A DNA stretch of 31,237 nucleotides, from the NCBI GenBank assembly GCA_039588275.1, contig JBDHAC010000056.1, positions 1 through 31,237 of the forward strand. Reading direction: 5' to 3'. Below are positions 1-7,586 of the stretch, piece by piece. The stretch's first letter is position 1. Each line of letters starts with the position of its first letter. The notes beneath the pieces are model-generated. The model worked only from the letters and a program-made list of their open reading frames with translations. It was not told where the DNA came from and ran no database searches. The DNA comes from Gemmatimonadota bacterium. GTDB taxonomy: Bacteria; Gemmatimonadota; Gemmatimonadetes; Palauibacterales; Palauibacteraceae. Made by a program: the position numbers and the translations under genes.

Positions 1-630
1 CAGCTTCTCGGGGTGCTCGCGCCGCAGCGCGCGCAGCGCCCGCATCAACCTCCGGCTCTCGTTGTAGACGTCGAGGGCGTCGTTGAGCTCGCCGATCGAC
101 ACCGCCGATCCGCGCAGCTCCTCGAGGCCGTCCAGGATTCGCGCGAATTCCGAGCGCAGGTACCCGCGCGCGTTGACGGAGTCTGCATGCTCGGGCCAAT
201 GGCAAAACGCGACGAACTGCTCGGGGAAGTTTCGCTTCCAGATGCTCGACAGGTTTCTCGCGACGTCGCAGATGGATGGGAACATGAACCCGTCCACCAT
301 CTTTAGTCGCTCGGTGAGGCCCAGCTCGAGCGTGCTCTTGCAGATCGAGCACACGAAGCTCTGAATTCGGGCGTCGGCGTACTCGATCTCCGCGATGTGG
401 CCGCCTCCGAACAGGTGGGCGGGGAGGAAGCCGGCGGCGTGGACGAGCTCCTCTGGCGTGTACACGGGGAAGCAACCGATCACGCGGTTGCGCGGTCCCT
501 CGTCCTTGAACGCATGAAGGGCTGTCAGGTCCGGGTCCAGGAACGTCCGCTCACTGAGGACGCCCAACTGGTCAAGCAGGGGTGTCGCCGCGTCCACCCA
601 CGGACCCGCTGCGACCGCCTCCGCGCTCAT
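1..630 (-). CDS. bcrC: Class I benzoyl-CoA reductase subunit C (2-hydroxyacyl-CoA dehydratase family), 3' end outside window
   Basis: Not in the ORF track; translated by hand from ATG at 630, which overlaps the dch stop (ATGA). Open for 210 codons to the window edge: MSAEAVAAGPW...VIGCFPVYTPEELVHAAGFLPAHLFGGG...IQSFVCSICKSTLELGL...GFMFPSICDVARNLSSIWK. The ELxHAAG, QSxxC and FPSICDVxRNLS motifs match BcrC/BadD, and it lies next to dch and oah. Confidence 0.88.
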   Translation of the reverse strand, partial: MSAEAVAAGPWVDAATPLLDQLGVLSERTFLDPDLTALHAFKDEGPRNRVIGCFPVYTPEELVHAAGFLPAHLFGGGHIAEIEYADARIQSFVCSICKSTLELGLTERLKMVDGFMFPSICDVARNLSSIWKRNFPEQFVAFCHWPEHADSVNARGYLRSEFARILDGLEELRGSAVSIGELNDALDVYNESRRLMRALRALRREHPEKL

Positions 631-1391
631 CGTCCCGCCCACTCGGGCGCACGCTTTTCCATGAACGCCTGCAGGCCTTCCAGCGCGTCACGGGTCGCCA
701 TCACCTCGTCCAGATAGATGCGCCCCGCCGATCGCATCGCTTCCCCACGCGTTTCGTTCGCCCCATCGCGGATCGCGCGCTTCGCCAGTCGGAGGGCGGC
801 CGGGCTGTTGCGTGTGATGCGGCTGGCCAGAGCCAGAGCGGCCTCCTCCAACTCCTCATCGGGAACAACCGACCGGACGAACCCGAGCCGGTGCGCCCGA
901 TCGGCGGGGATGGAGTCGCCCGTGAACAACATCTCGTCCGCGGCGGACCCGAGTCCGAGACGCGGGAGGAGGGCGCAGGCCGCCGGGGCGATCACACCGA
1001 GCCGGATCTCGGGCTGTCCGAAGACGGCGCTCTCGCCGGCCAGGATGAAGTCGGCTGCTTGCACGAGCTCGAATCCACCACCCAGACAGCGGCCCTGAAC
1101 CGCCGCGAGCACCGGGACGGGGAACGCGTCCAGCGCCCGAATCGTCTCGATGAACTCGGGGATGAGCTCCGAATGCTCGGGCGGCAGGTGCTCCTTCACA
1201 TCGGCGCCCGCCGAGAAGTTGTCTCCGGCGGCGCATAGCACGAGCGCCCCCAACGACTCGTCGGTGGCGAGCGCCGCGAGGGCCGTCCTTATCCTTCCGA
1301 GGAGCTCTCGGGAGAGGATGTTGAGCGGCGGGTCGTTCAACGTCAGCCGACCCACGCCCGCGCCCGTCGAGACGAGCAGGGACGAGCTCAT
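627..1391 (-). CDS. dch: Cyclohexa-1,5-diene-1-carbonyl-CoA hydratase (crotonase family), 254 aa
   Basis: Real start is probably ATG 1391 (MSSSLLV...), which overlaps the oah stop (TGATG). Crotonase motifs LTLNDPPLNIL, FSAGADVKEH, CLGGGFEL and FGQPEIRLG. Lies between oah-like and bcrC genes. Confidence 0.85.
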   Translation of the reverse strand: MSSSLLVSTGAGVGRLTLNDPPLNILSRELLGRIRTALAALATDESLGALVLCAAGDNFSAGADVKEHLPPEHSELIPEFIETIRALDAFPVPVLAAVQGRCLGGGFELVQAADFILAGESAVFGQPEIRLGVIAPAACALLPRLGLGSAADEMLFTGDSIPADRAHRLGFVRSVVPDEELEEAALALASRITRNSPAALRLAKRAIRDGANETRGEAMRSAGRIYLDEVMATRDALEGLQAFMEKRAPEWAGR

Positions 1392-2536
1392 CAGGCGCCT
1401 CCGCCCGGAGAGGATGCCCCCGCGGCTGCCGGCTCGGCTTCGCCATCGCCGCCGGTCGAAGTCGAGCCGAGCTCCGCGCCACACATCCCACAGAAGGCGT
1501 GACCCGCCGGCAGGTTCGTCGTCTCGCAGCCAGGACAGGTGACCGTCGGTGGCCCCCACAAGGATTCGGCCGGCTCGCCCTGCGCCGCGCGCTGCCGCAG
1601 GAGGTCGTATCTGGGCGCTCGCTTCTCCACGAACGCCTGCATGCCCTCTAACGGCTCCCAGCATGCGTAGTGCAGCGCGAGCCAGTCCTGTGCGTGACGG
1701 ACCGTGGAGCTCCAGGCGAAGTCTTTGAGGAAGTTCACCTGCTGCTTCGTGTACCGGGAGCATTCGGGGAAGGAGGCCAGCAACCGCTGAGCGAGATCCG
1801 ACACGAACTCGTCGAGCCGTGCCAGGTCTATGGAGTACTCATCCTCGCCCTTGTACGCCTTCCGGATCTCCTCCGGGGTCGCCGCCTCGATCCACTCATC
1901 TCCACGGCGAACGGACGGGACGACCCAATTCACCAACCCCCAATCCAACGCCTTACGCGCCGGGATCTCCTCGTTCAGAAAGAGGATCTCACGCGCTCGC
2001 TTATCACCGACCACGAGGGGCAACCACTGAGTGGAGCCGCCGCACGCGACCGAGCCGACGTGCGACCCGACCTGCTTCACGTACGTGTGGTCCGCGATCA
2101 CCGAGAGATCGCACGCGAGCTGGCTCTCGTTTCCACCGCCCACCGCCATCCCGTTGATCCTGGCGATGACGGGCTTTCCGGTGTTCAGGATGCTCTCGAT
2201 GTAGGCGCGAAAGAGCGCCATGTACTTCCAGTAGTCGCGCGGGGTGCTGATATACAGGTCGGCGTACTCCTTCACGTCGCCCCCTGTGCAGAAGGCGCGA
2301 TCGCCGGCCCCCGTGTAAACGATGACCCCGACGGCATCGTCGAACGCGGCATCGCGGAACGCGGATGCGATCTCCTCGAGCGCCGGGGTGGAATAGGCGT
2401 TGTACCGATGTGGCCGGTTTATGGTGATGCGGGCCACTCCGTCGTTCTTCTCGTAGTTGATCTCTTGAAAGCCGAACGAGTCGGCGGGCACCGACTCGAA
2501 GGCGCGCCCCGAAGACACATCTCTCGCGGTAATCAT
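1391..2536 (-). CDS. oah: 6-oxocyclohex-1-ene-1-carbonyl-CoA hydrolase-like ring-opening crotonase (Oah/BamA-like) with C-terminal Zn-ribbon
   Basis: 381 aa. YNAYST, TGAGDRAFCTGGDVKEYA..Y...P.DY..YM.LF and KPVIARINGMAVGGGNE resemble Oah/BamA. Tail CPGC-x11-CGMC. Operon context with dch and bcrC. Confidence 0.75.
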   Translation of the reverse strand: MITARDVSSGRAFESVPADSFGFQEINYEKNDGVARITINRPHRYNAYSTPALEEIASAFRDAAFDDAVGVIVYTGAGDRAFCTGGDVKEYADLYISTPRDYWKYMALFRAYIESILNTGKPVIARINGMAVGGGNESQLACDLSVIADHTYVKQVGSHVGSVACGGSTQWLPLVVGDKRAREILFLNEEIPARKALDWGLVNWVVPSVRRGDEWIEAATPEEIRKAYKGEDEYSIDLARLDEFVSDLAQRLLASFPECSRYTKQQVNFLKDFAWSSTVRHAQDWLALHYACWEPLEGMQAFVEKRAPRYDLLRQRAAQGEPAESLWGPPTVTCPGCETTNLPAGHAFCGMCGAELGSTSTGGDGEAEPAAAGASSPGGGA

Positions 2537-3588
2537 GCTTCACCCCGATCGGGTTTTTTGGGAGACGGAGCACCCCCGACGGGGGTGCCTTGGTTCGGCC
2601 GAAGAGCCACATCGCGCAGCGCCACCTTACCAGAGGTCGAACCTGTGCGTTGAGCGTTCCACCACCACGCCACGACCAGCGCGAGCGCCGAGGCGCGCAG
2701 GAGCTGGCCTCCCGCCCCCCGGACCCCGAGGGTCTCGGCCACGCTCGGGGCGGCAAACCAGTAGTAGAGTCCCGCCGCCAACGCCGCGAGTGTGGGGATG
2801 ACTCGGGTAGACGGGAGCTCGAGGGCCCGGACCGCCAGGGTCACGAAGACGTAACTCGCTCCCGCCAGCGTCAACGCGCCAACGTAGATGGCTCCCGCTG
2901 ACGCCGCGGAGGCATCGACCGCCATGAAATAGGCCAGGACGAAGCCCGGGAAGGCCGCCGAGAACGCCCCGAAGGGGGTCCTCAGCCACGCCGGCGAGCT
3001 GCGGGCACGACCCAGCAGTTGCGGAATCGACTTGTGCGCCGACAGGTCGATGCACGCCGAAGAGCAGTTCGTGCAGGACGGGCAGCGGGCGTTTCCGATT
3101 CTCAGCAACGGACGCTGACCATAAAGGCGTTCGACCGGGAGGACCGGGCAGAACGCGTTGCAGAACCCCGCCTTCATGTCGAACAGGGCTCCCATCAGCA
3201 GCGCGGCGACCGCGACCAGAAGAATGGTCACCGCCAGCGCGGGCCCGTCGGTGTTGAACACGAAACGGCGCGCCGGAACGAGGACCGCCAGGAGAAAAAT
3301 CCCCAGGATCGCAGTCGCGGCCCCGCGCCGTGCGCCGGGCACCCTGCGCGGCCCCACGCGGTTCGTGAGCTGGTTGAGCGTCGCGAGCGGACAGCTGTTC
3401 CGCCACAGCATCGGGCTGATGAGCAGTGTGGCGGGGATGAGCGGGATGACGACGTTCCACAACACGGCAAGGGAGATGCTCGGGCTAACGACCAGACCCA
3501 CGAGCAGGAGGGCCGTGGCGCTCAGACCGATCCATTGCACCGCTCGCCAGGTCCTGCGGGCGCTCGCGCCCATTGCCTGCGCCGCCAC
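2533..3588 (-). CDS. Polytopic membrane protein with NapH/MauN/FixG-type Cys motifs (putative Fe-S binding)
   Basis: GTG start directly after the tetR stop, with AGGAGG upstream. About 8 hydrophobic segments. Motifs WRNSCP, FCNAFCP and CPSCTNCSSAC. Stop overlaps the oah ATG (ATGA). Confidence 0.7.
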   Translation of the reverse strand: MAAQAMGASARRTWRAVQWIGLSATALLLVGLVVSPSISLAVLWNVVIPLIPATLLISPMLWRNSCPLATLNQLTNRVGPRRVPGARRGAATAILGIFLLAVLVPARRFVFNTDGPALAVTILLVAVAALLMGALFDMKAGFCNAFCPVLPVERLYGQRPLLRIGNARCPSCTNCSSACIDLSAHKSIPQLLGRARSSPAWLRTPFGAFSAAFPGFVLAYFMAVDASAASAGAIYVGALTLAGASYVFVTLAVRALELPSTRVIPTLAALAAGLYYWFAAPSVAETLGVRGAGGQLLRASALALVVAWWWNAQRTGSTSGKVALRDVALRPNQGTPVGGAPSPKKPDRGEA

Positions 3589-4236
3589 TCAAGCCTCCTG
3601 GGTGAGCTCCGCGGGTCGACCGAGGCCGCCCACGAGGTGGTCTATGAAGCGGGCGGCCAGCTCGGGACCCGGTAACGAACCTCCCGGGTCGTACCAGTGT
3701 GCGATCCAATTGACCGCTCCCAGGATCGCGAACGCGCCGATCTTCGGATCCACCGGCCGGAACTCTCCTCCGTGCACCCCGTCCTGGATGATCTGACGCA
3801 CCCGTCGCTCGTAGCCGTCACGAGCCGCGACGACCTCCTCTCTGTGAGCTGCCGAGAGCGCCGACACCTCGAACGCGAGCGAGGAGCCCTGAAGAGTCTC
3901 GGTCATCACGCGTACGTGAGCACGGACGATGTATGCGAGCCGCTCCTCCGCGGTGTCGTAACCCGATAGGGCTTCGTCCACCGCCGCCTCCAACTCCCTC
4001 AGCGACCGCCGGTGGCACTCGTAGAGGATGGCCTCCTTGTCGGGGAAGTAGTGGTAAAGCGCCGACTTTCGCAGACCCAGCCTGCCGGCGATTTCCTCCA
4101 GCGTCGTCCCGTGGTAGCCGCGCTCCTTGAAGGCCCGTAGCGCGGACTGCAGGATCTCGTCGCGTCGGCGCCGACGCTTTCGTTCGACGTGCGGGGACGG
4201 CGTCGGGGGGGTGGCCTGAACTCCAGAGCCAGGCAT
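3589..4236 (-). CDS. TetR/AcrR family transcriptional regulator
   Basis: HTH motif ILQSALRAFKERGYHGTTLEEIAGRLGLRKSALYHYFPDKEAIL. The C-terminal GAVNWIAHWYDPGG resembles acyl-CoA-responsive KstR2/PaaR-type TetRs. Confidence 0.93.
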   Translation of the reverse strand: MPGSGVQATPPTPSPHVERKRRRRRDEILQSALRAFKERGYHGTTLEEIAGRLGLRKSALYHYFPDKEAILYECHRRSLRELEAAVDEALSGYDTAEERLAYIVRAHVRVMTETLQGSSLAFEVSALSAAHREEVVAARDGYERRVRQIIQDGVHGGEFRPVDPKIGAFAILGAVNWIAHWYDPGGSLPGPELAARFIDHLVGGLGRPAELTQEA

Positions 4237-4258
4237 GCGCGCTCCACTTCAGAGAAAC

Positions 4259-4274
4259 TTGAACGTAAGGTCAA
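4259..4274. promoter_or_regulatory. Candidate TetR operator (imperfect inverted repeat)
   Basis: TTGAAC-GTAA-GGTCAA (TTGA-N8-TCAA), just downstream of the -10 element and over the predicted transcription start. Confidence 0.55.
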
Positions 4275-4275
4275 A

Positions 4276-4304
4276 ATTCTACCGGACGCAGGTATAATTG
4301 TCAA
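4276..4304 (-). promoter_or_regulatory. Sigma70 promoter of the tetR-oah-dch-bcrC operon
   Basis: Minus-strand TTGACA (4304-4299), a 17-nt spacer, then TAGAAT (4281-4276), in an AT-rich patch about 40 nt upstream of the tetR ATG. Confidence 0.8.
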
Positions 4305-4436
4305 ATGACTTGTAAATACAGGATGCTAGACAGCCCCACGTCGGTCTGATTTGAGGCGGTACGTCCGTCGACGGGGCATCTATGCGGACAAACAGGCATG
4401 AAACACCCGAAATAGGCGGCGGAACAGGCGCCATCG

Positions 4437-4445
4437 TGCTACCTT
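4437..4445 (+). promoter_or_regulatory. Candidate extended -10 promoter giving a leaderless rrf2 mRNA
   Basis: TG-c-TACCTT is separated from ATG 4451 by 5 nt, and there is no Shine-Dalgarno upstream of that ATG. Confidence 0.4.
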
Positions 4446-4450
4446 GAAGT

Positions 4451-4915
4451 ATGCTCTACGCGAGTGGCAGCGAGTACGCGATTCGTGCCCTGACGCACCT
4501 TGCGCAACAGCCGTCCGGTCAGCTGACGCTGTTGAGCGAGATCGCCAAGGCCCAGGATCTGCCCCCGGCCTTTCTGGGAAAGATCCTCAAGGAGCTGGTC
4601 CGCGCGGGGATCTTACGATCGGCACGCGGCCCCACCGGCGGGTACGCGCTGGTCTACCAGCCCGAGGAGATCTCGCTTCTTCGAGTCAAGGAGGTCCTCG
4701 AGGGGACGGCGGATCTCGATCGCTGTGCGGTCGGGCTGGACCCGTGCACGGACGACACGCCATGTCCGCTCCACGAGACGTTCAAGCCCCTCCGGCGGGC
4801 CATCCGCGAGTACCTGACCGAGACCACGATCGCCGATGTCTCGCGGGGCTTCTGGGAGAAGCAGGCACGGCTCGCCGAGCGGCGGATCCGAGCCGGCAGC
4901 GCCGAGGGCGGCTAG
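4451..4915 (+). CDS. Rrf2 family Fe-S transcriptional regulator
   Basis: SEYAIRAL...LSEIA...FLGKILKELVRAGILRSARGPTGGYAL winged HTH, plus a C-x6-C-x5-C-x2-H ligand pattern (CAVGLDPCTDDTPCPLH). Confidence 0.93.
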   Translation: MLYASGSEYAIRALTHLAQQPSGQLTLLSEIAKAQDLPPAFLGKILKELVRAGILRSARGPTGGYALVYQPEEISLLRVKEVLEGTADLDRCAVGLDPCTDDTPCPLHETFKPLRRAIREYLTETTIADVSRGFWEKQARLAERRIRAGSAEGG

Positions 4916-4933
4916 CCTCGACTCGAGACCTCG

Positions 4934-4950
4934 GCGAAACGCCGGGCGTC
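4934..4950. terminator. Short hairpin between convergent rrf2 and tnaA
   Basis: CTCGGCG-AAA-CGCCGGG stem-loop in a 45-bp convergent gap. There is no U-tract, so the call is weak. Confidence 0.25.
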
Positions 4951-4960
4951 CAACGGCCCG

Positions 4961-6331
4961 CTAGATCGGTTCGAAGCGTGCCGTGAAGTGGCGGAGGAAT
5001 CGAGGCTCTTCCACGATGCGGTATCCGACGAGCTCCTCACGGCGCCGAGCCACATCCACGATCGTGTCGACCACGTAGTCGATCTGACTCTTGGTGTACA
5101 CGCGGCGCGGGATGGCCAGCCGAACCAGCTCGTGCCGCGCCGGCTGGAAGACCCCCGTATCCGAGTCCGTTCGACCGAACATCACGCTCCCGATCTCCAC
5201 AGTCCGAACCCCGCCCTCGCGGTATAACTCGACCGCGAGGGAGATGCCGGGGAATTCCGCCGCCGTGAGGTGCGGGCAGAACGCGCCCGCATCCACGTAC
5301 ACGGCGTGCGCCCCCGGCGGTTGGATGATCGGCACGCCCTCGGCCGCGATGTGCTCTCCGAGATACGCGGTCGAGGTGATCCGGTAGCGCTGGTAGTCGG
5401 GGTCCAGCGCCTCGTACAGCCCGACGGCAATGGCCTCCAGGTCGCGCCCGGCCAGCCCCCCGTACGTGGGGAAGCCCTCCGTCAGGATCAACAGGTCGCG
5501 CTCCTGCGATGCCAGCCGGTCGTCGTTGGTGGCCAGAAAACCGCCGATGTTCGCCAGCCCGTCCTTCTTGGCCGACATCGTGCACCCGTCCGCGTACGAG
5601 AACATCTCCCGCGCGACGTTGAGCAGCGGCACGTCCGCGTACCCTTCCTCGCGCTGCTGGATCAGGAAGGCGTTTTCGGCGAACCGGCAGGCGTCGATGT
5701 AAAACGGGATGCCGTAACGTCCGCAGATCTCCGAGGTGCTCCGAATGTTCCCCATGGAGACCGGTTGTCCCCCGCCGGTGTTGTTGGTCACCGTGATCAT
5801 GACGAGCGGGACAGCCTCGGGACCGAGCTCCTCGAGCGTCCGCTCGAGCGCCTCCAGGTCGATGTTACCCTTGAACGGACGCGGCACCGAGATGGGTTCC
5901 GCCTCGGGGCAGGGGAGGTCGACCGCAGTAGCCCCCAGGAACTCGATGTTCGCGCGCGTGGTGTCGAAGTGGCTGTTGTTGGGCACTGTCTGTCCCGGCC
6001 GGCACACGACGGTGAACAGGATCCGCTCTGCCGCGCGCCCCTGATGGGTGGGGATCACGTGCTTGAAGCCGAAGATGTCCCGGACCGCGCTCTCGAAGCG
6101 GTAGAAGCTCTCGCTTCCGGCGTACGATTCGTCTCCCCGCATGGCCGCCGCCCACTGTTGAGCGCTCATGGCGCCCGTACCGCTGTCGGTGAGCAGATCG
6201 ATGAGCACGTCACGGGCGTGCAGCCGAAAGACGTTGTAGCCGGCATCCTCGATGAGCCGGTCCCGCTCCTCACGCGTGGTCAGCCGAATGGGTTCGACGG
6301 TCTTGATGCGAAACGGTTCGATGATTCGCAT
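4961..6331 (-). CDS. tnaA: Tryptophanase (PLP beta-eliminating lyase), 456 aa
   Basis: Start ATG 6331 with a GGAG RBS. Motifs EPFRIKTVE, IDLLTDSGT, GDESYAGS, THQGRAAE, the PLP lysine motif MSAKKD, and EGFPTYGGL. C-terminal LRHFTARF has His, whereas tyrosine phenol-lyase has LRFFTARF. Confidence 0.9.
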   Translation of the reverse strand: MRIIEPFRIKTVEPIRLTTREERDRLIEDAGYNVFRLHARDVLIDLLTDSGTGAMSAQQWAAAMRGDESYAGSESFYRFESAVRDIFGFKHVIPTHQGRAAERILFTVVCRPGQTVPNNSHFDTTRANIEFLGATAVDLPCPEAEPISVPRPFKGNIDLEALERTLEELGPEAVPLVMITVTNNTGGGQPVSMGNIRSTSEICGRYGIPFYIDACRFAENAFLIQQREEGYADVPLLNVAREMFSYADGCTMSAKKDGLANIGGFLATNDDRLASQERDLLILTEGFPTYGGLAGRDLEAIAVGLYEALDPDYQRYRITSTAYLGEHIAAEGVPIIQPPGAHAVYVDAGAFCPHLTAAEFPGISLAVELYREGGVRTVEIGSVMFGRTDSDTGVFQPARHELVRLAIPRRVYTKSQIDYVVDTIVDVARRREELVGYRIVEEPRFLRHFTARFEPI

Positions 6332-6591
6332 GGATTTTGCTCCGTATTCGTTCAGGCCGAGTGCCGCCGATCGACACCGCCACGCGCATCCCGGCGGTAG
6401 GTCCGAAGCTGGCCCGGCCTGTTCGGTCGCGGCACTCGACCGGGCCTTCATGACTTACGTATCCTAATGCCTTCAAATGCCCATCGCCCGGTTGCGATGT
6501 CCGGATGCAACCCGGATCGTGTCGCCGGGTCGTCTCGATATGGAAGACGTGCTTGGCGGGGCCACAGGGCCTGCGTTGGAGAGGGAAGCGT

Positions 6592-7291
6592 GTGAGATTC
6601 TTCGAAAGTCTGTTCGGGGGCTGGGGCGCCATCACGCAGGCGCTGATCGGCGGCGTCATCATCACGCTGCTGAACGCGCTGGGTGCCCTCGCCGTTCACG
6701 AGCTTGATCCTGCCCGGGATCGAAAGCGGCGGGTTGATCCCGGTCCTCATCGGAGTGATCCTGGGTGCGACGGCGATCGATCTCGCAGACCACCTCGTTC
6801 CCCACGAGCACGAAATCCGCGGCCGGGAAGGGTTGGAGACCCGGCGGCTGCGGGCCGTGTGGTTGTTCATCTTCGCGATCACGATCCACAACATCCCCGA
6901 AGGCCTGGCGGTCGGCGTCGCGTTTGGCTCGGGCGATCTGTCGAACGCGGTCCGCCTCATGCTCGCGATCGGGATCCAGAACATCCCCGAGGGGCTCGCC
7001 GTAGCCGTCTCGGCGATGAACGTCGGGCTGGGCGCGTACTGGTACGCCAGTCTCGTCGGCGTGCGTGCGGGGCTCGTGGAGATCCCGGCGGCCCTCCTCG
7101 GTGCGTGGGCGGTCCTGCTGGCTGCCCCTCTCCTGCCGTACTTCCAGGGCTTCGCGGCCGGCGCGATGCTGTACGTGATCAGCGACGAAATCGTCCCCGA
7201 GACGCACCGGAAAGGTCACGAGCGCCTGGCAACCGCCGGAACCATCGCGGGGGTCGTCCTCATGCTCTACCTGGACGTGGCTCTCGGCTGA
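6592..7291 (+). pseudogene. ZIP (ZupT/GufA) metal transporter disrupted by internal deletion plus frameshift
   Basis: The N-terminus (GTG 6592, MRFFESLF...ALIGGVIITLLNALGALAV) is in one frame. FTSLILPGIE...HNIPEGLAVG...QNIPEG...GFAAGAMLYVISDEIVPE is in another frame from about 6695. The usual LGFAAGVMLxAS helix before FTSLI is absent. Confidence 0.8.
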
Positions 7292-7322
7292 TCGCCCTCG
7301 ACGGTCGTGCCCGGGCTGATTT

Positions 7323-7544
7323 GTCCCGCCCGACCGGGCAGGCCACGAAGGGAGTTTCCCCACATCGATGACGGGACATTCCACCACGCTCGCGTCCTCC
7401 ATCGGCTGACAGACCGGGACGTTCCGCCCGGTTAGCTTGCAGTTGGGCAAAAATGGCCCAAGGCCTTACTGTAGATACAAGTCCGTCCCGCTGTCGGGGG
7501 CAATTCGTCCCGAGGCCGGGCGGCTGGATGAGCCCGGGTGGGAC
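7323..7544. promoter_or_regulatory. Cluster of CGGGAC/GTCCCG motifs upstream of the TonB-dependent receptor
   Basis: Exact copies at 7323, 7372, 7415, 7485 and 7507, plus TGGGAC at 7539. CGGGAC(A/G)TTCC(A/G)CC is repeated at 7372 and 7415. Inverted repeat TTGGGC-N7-GCCCAA at 7443-7461. Confidence 0.45.
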
Positions 7545-7586
7545 TGCCGGGCTTCTCGATTCGACGAGGGGATTCAGGAGTCAGCC

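Noticed and set aside
1392..1763. N-terminal extension of dch in the ORF track
   Set aside because: It overlaps oah in another frame. Crotonase similarity starts after the coupled ATG at 1391.
4259..4274. FNR box upstream of the anaerobic operon
   Set aside because: Spacing is TTGA-N8-TCAA rather than TTGAT-N4-ATCAA, and it lies downstream of the -10 element, which fits a repressor site better.
4961..6331. Tyrosine phenol-lyase, which would feed phenol towards the benzoyl-CoA pathway
   Set aside because: The C-terminal LRHFTAR carries the His typical of tryptophanases rather than the Phe of tyrosine phenol-lyase.
7292..7586. Cobalamin or other known riboswitch upstream of the TonB-dependent receptor
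   Set aside because: I could not find the conserved cobalamin riboswitch elements (AGGGAA, GCCACTG, B12 box) in order, nor TPP or c-di-GMP consensus cores.
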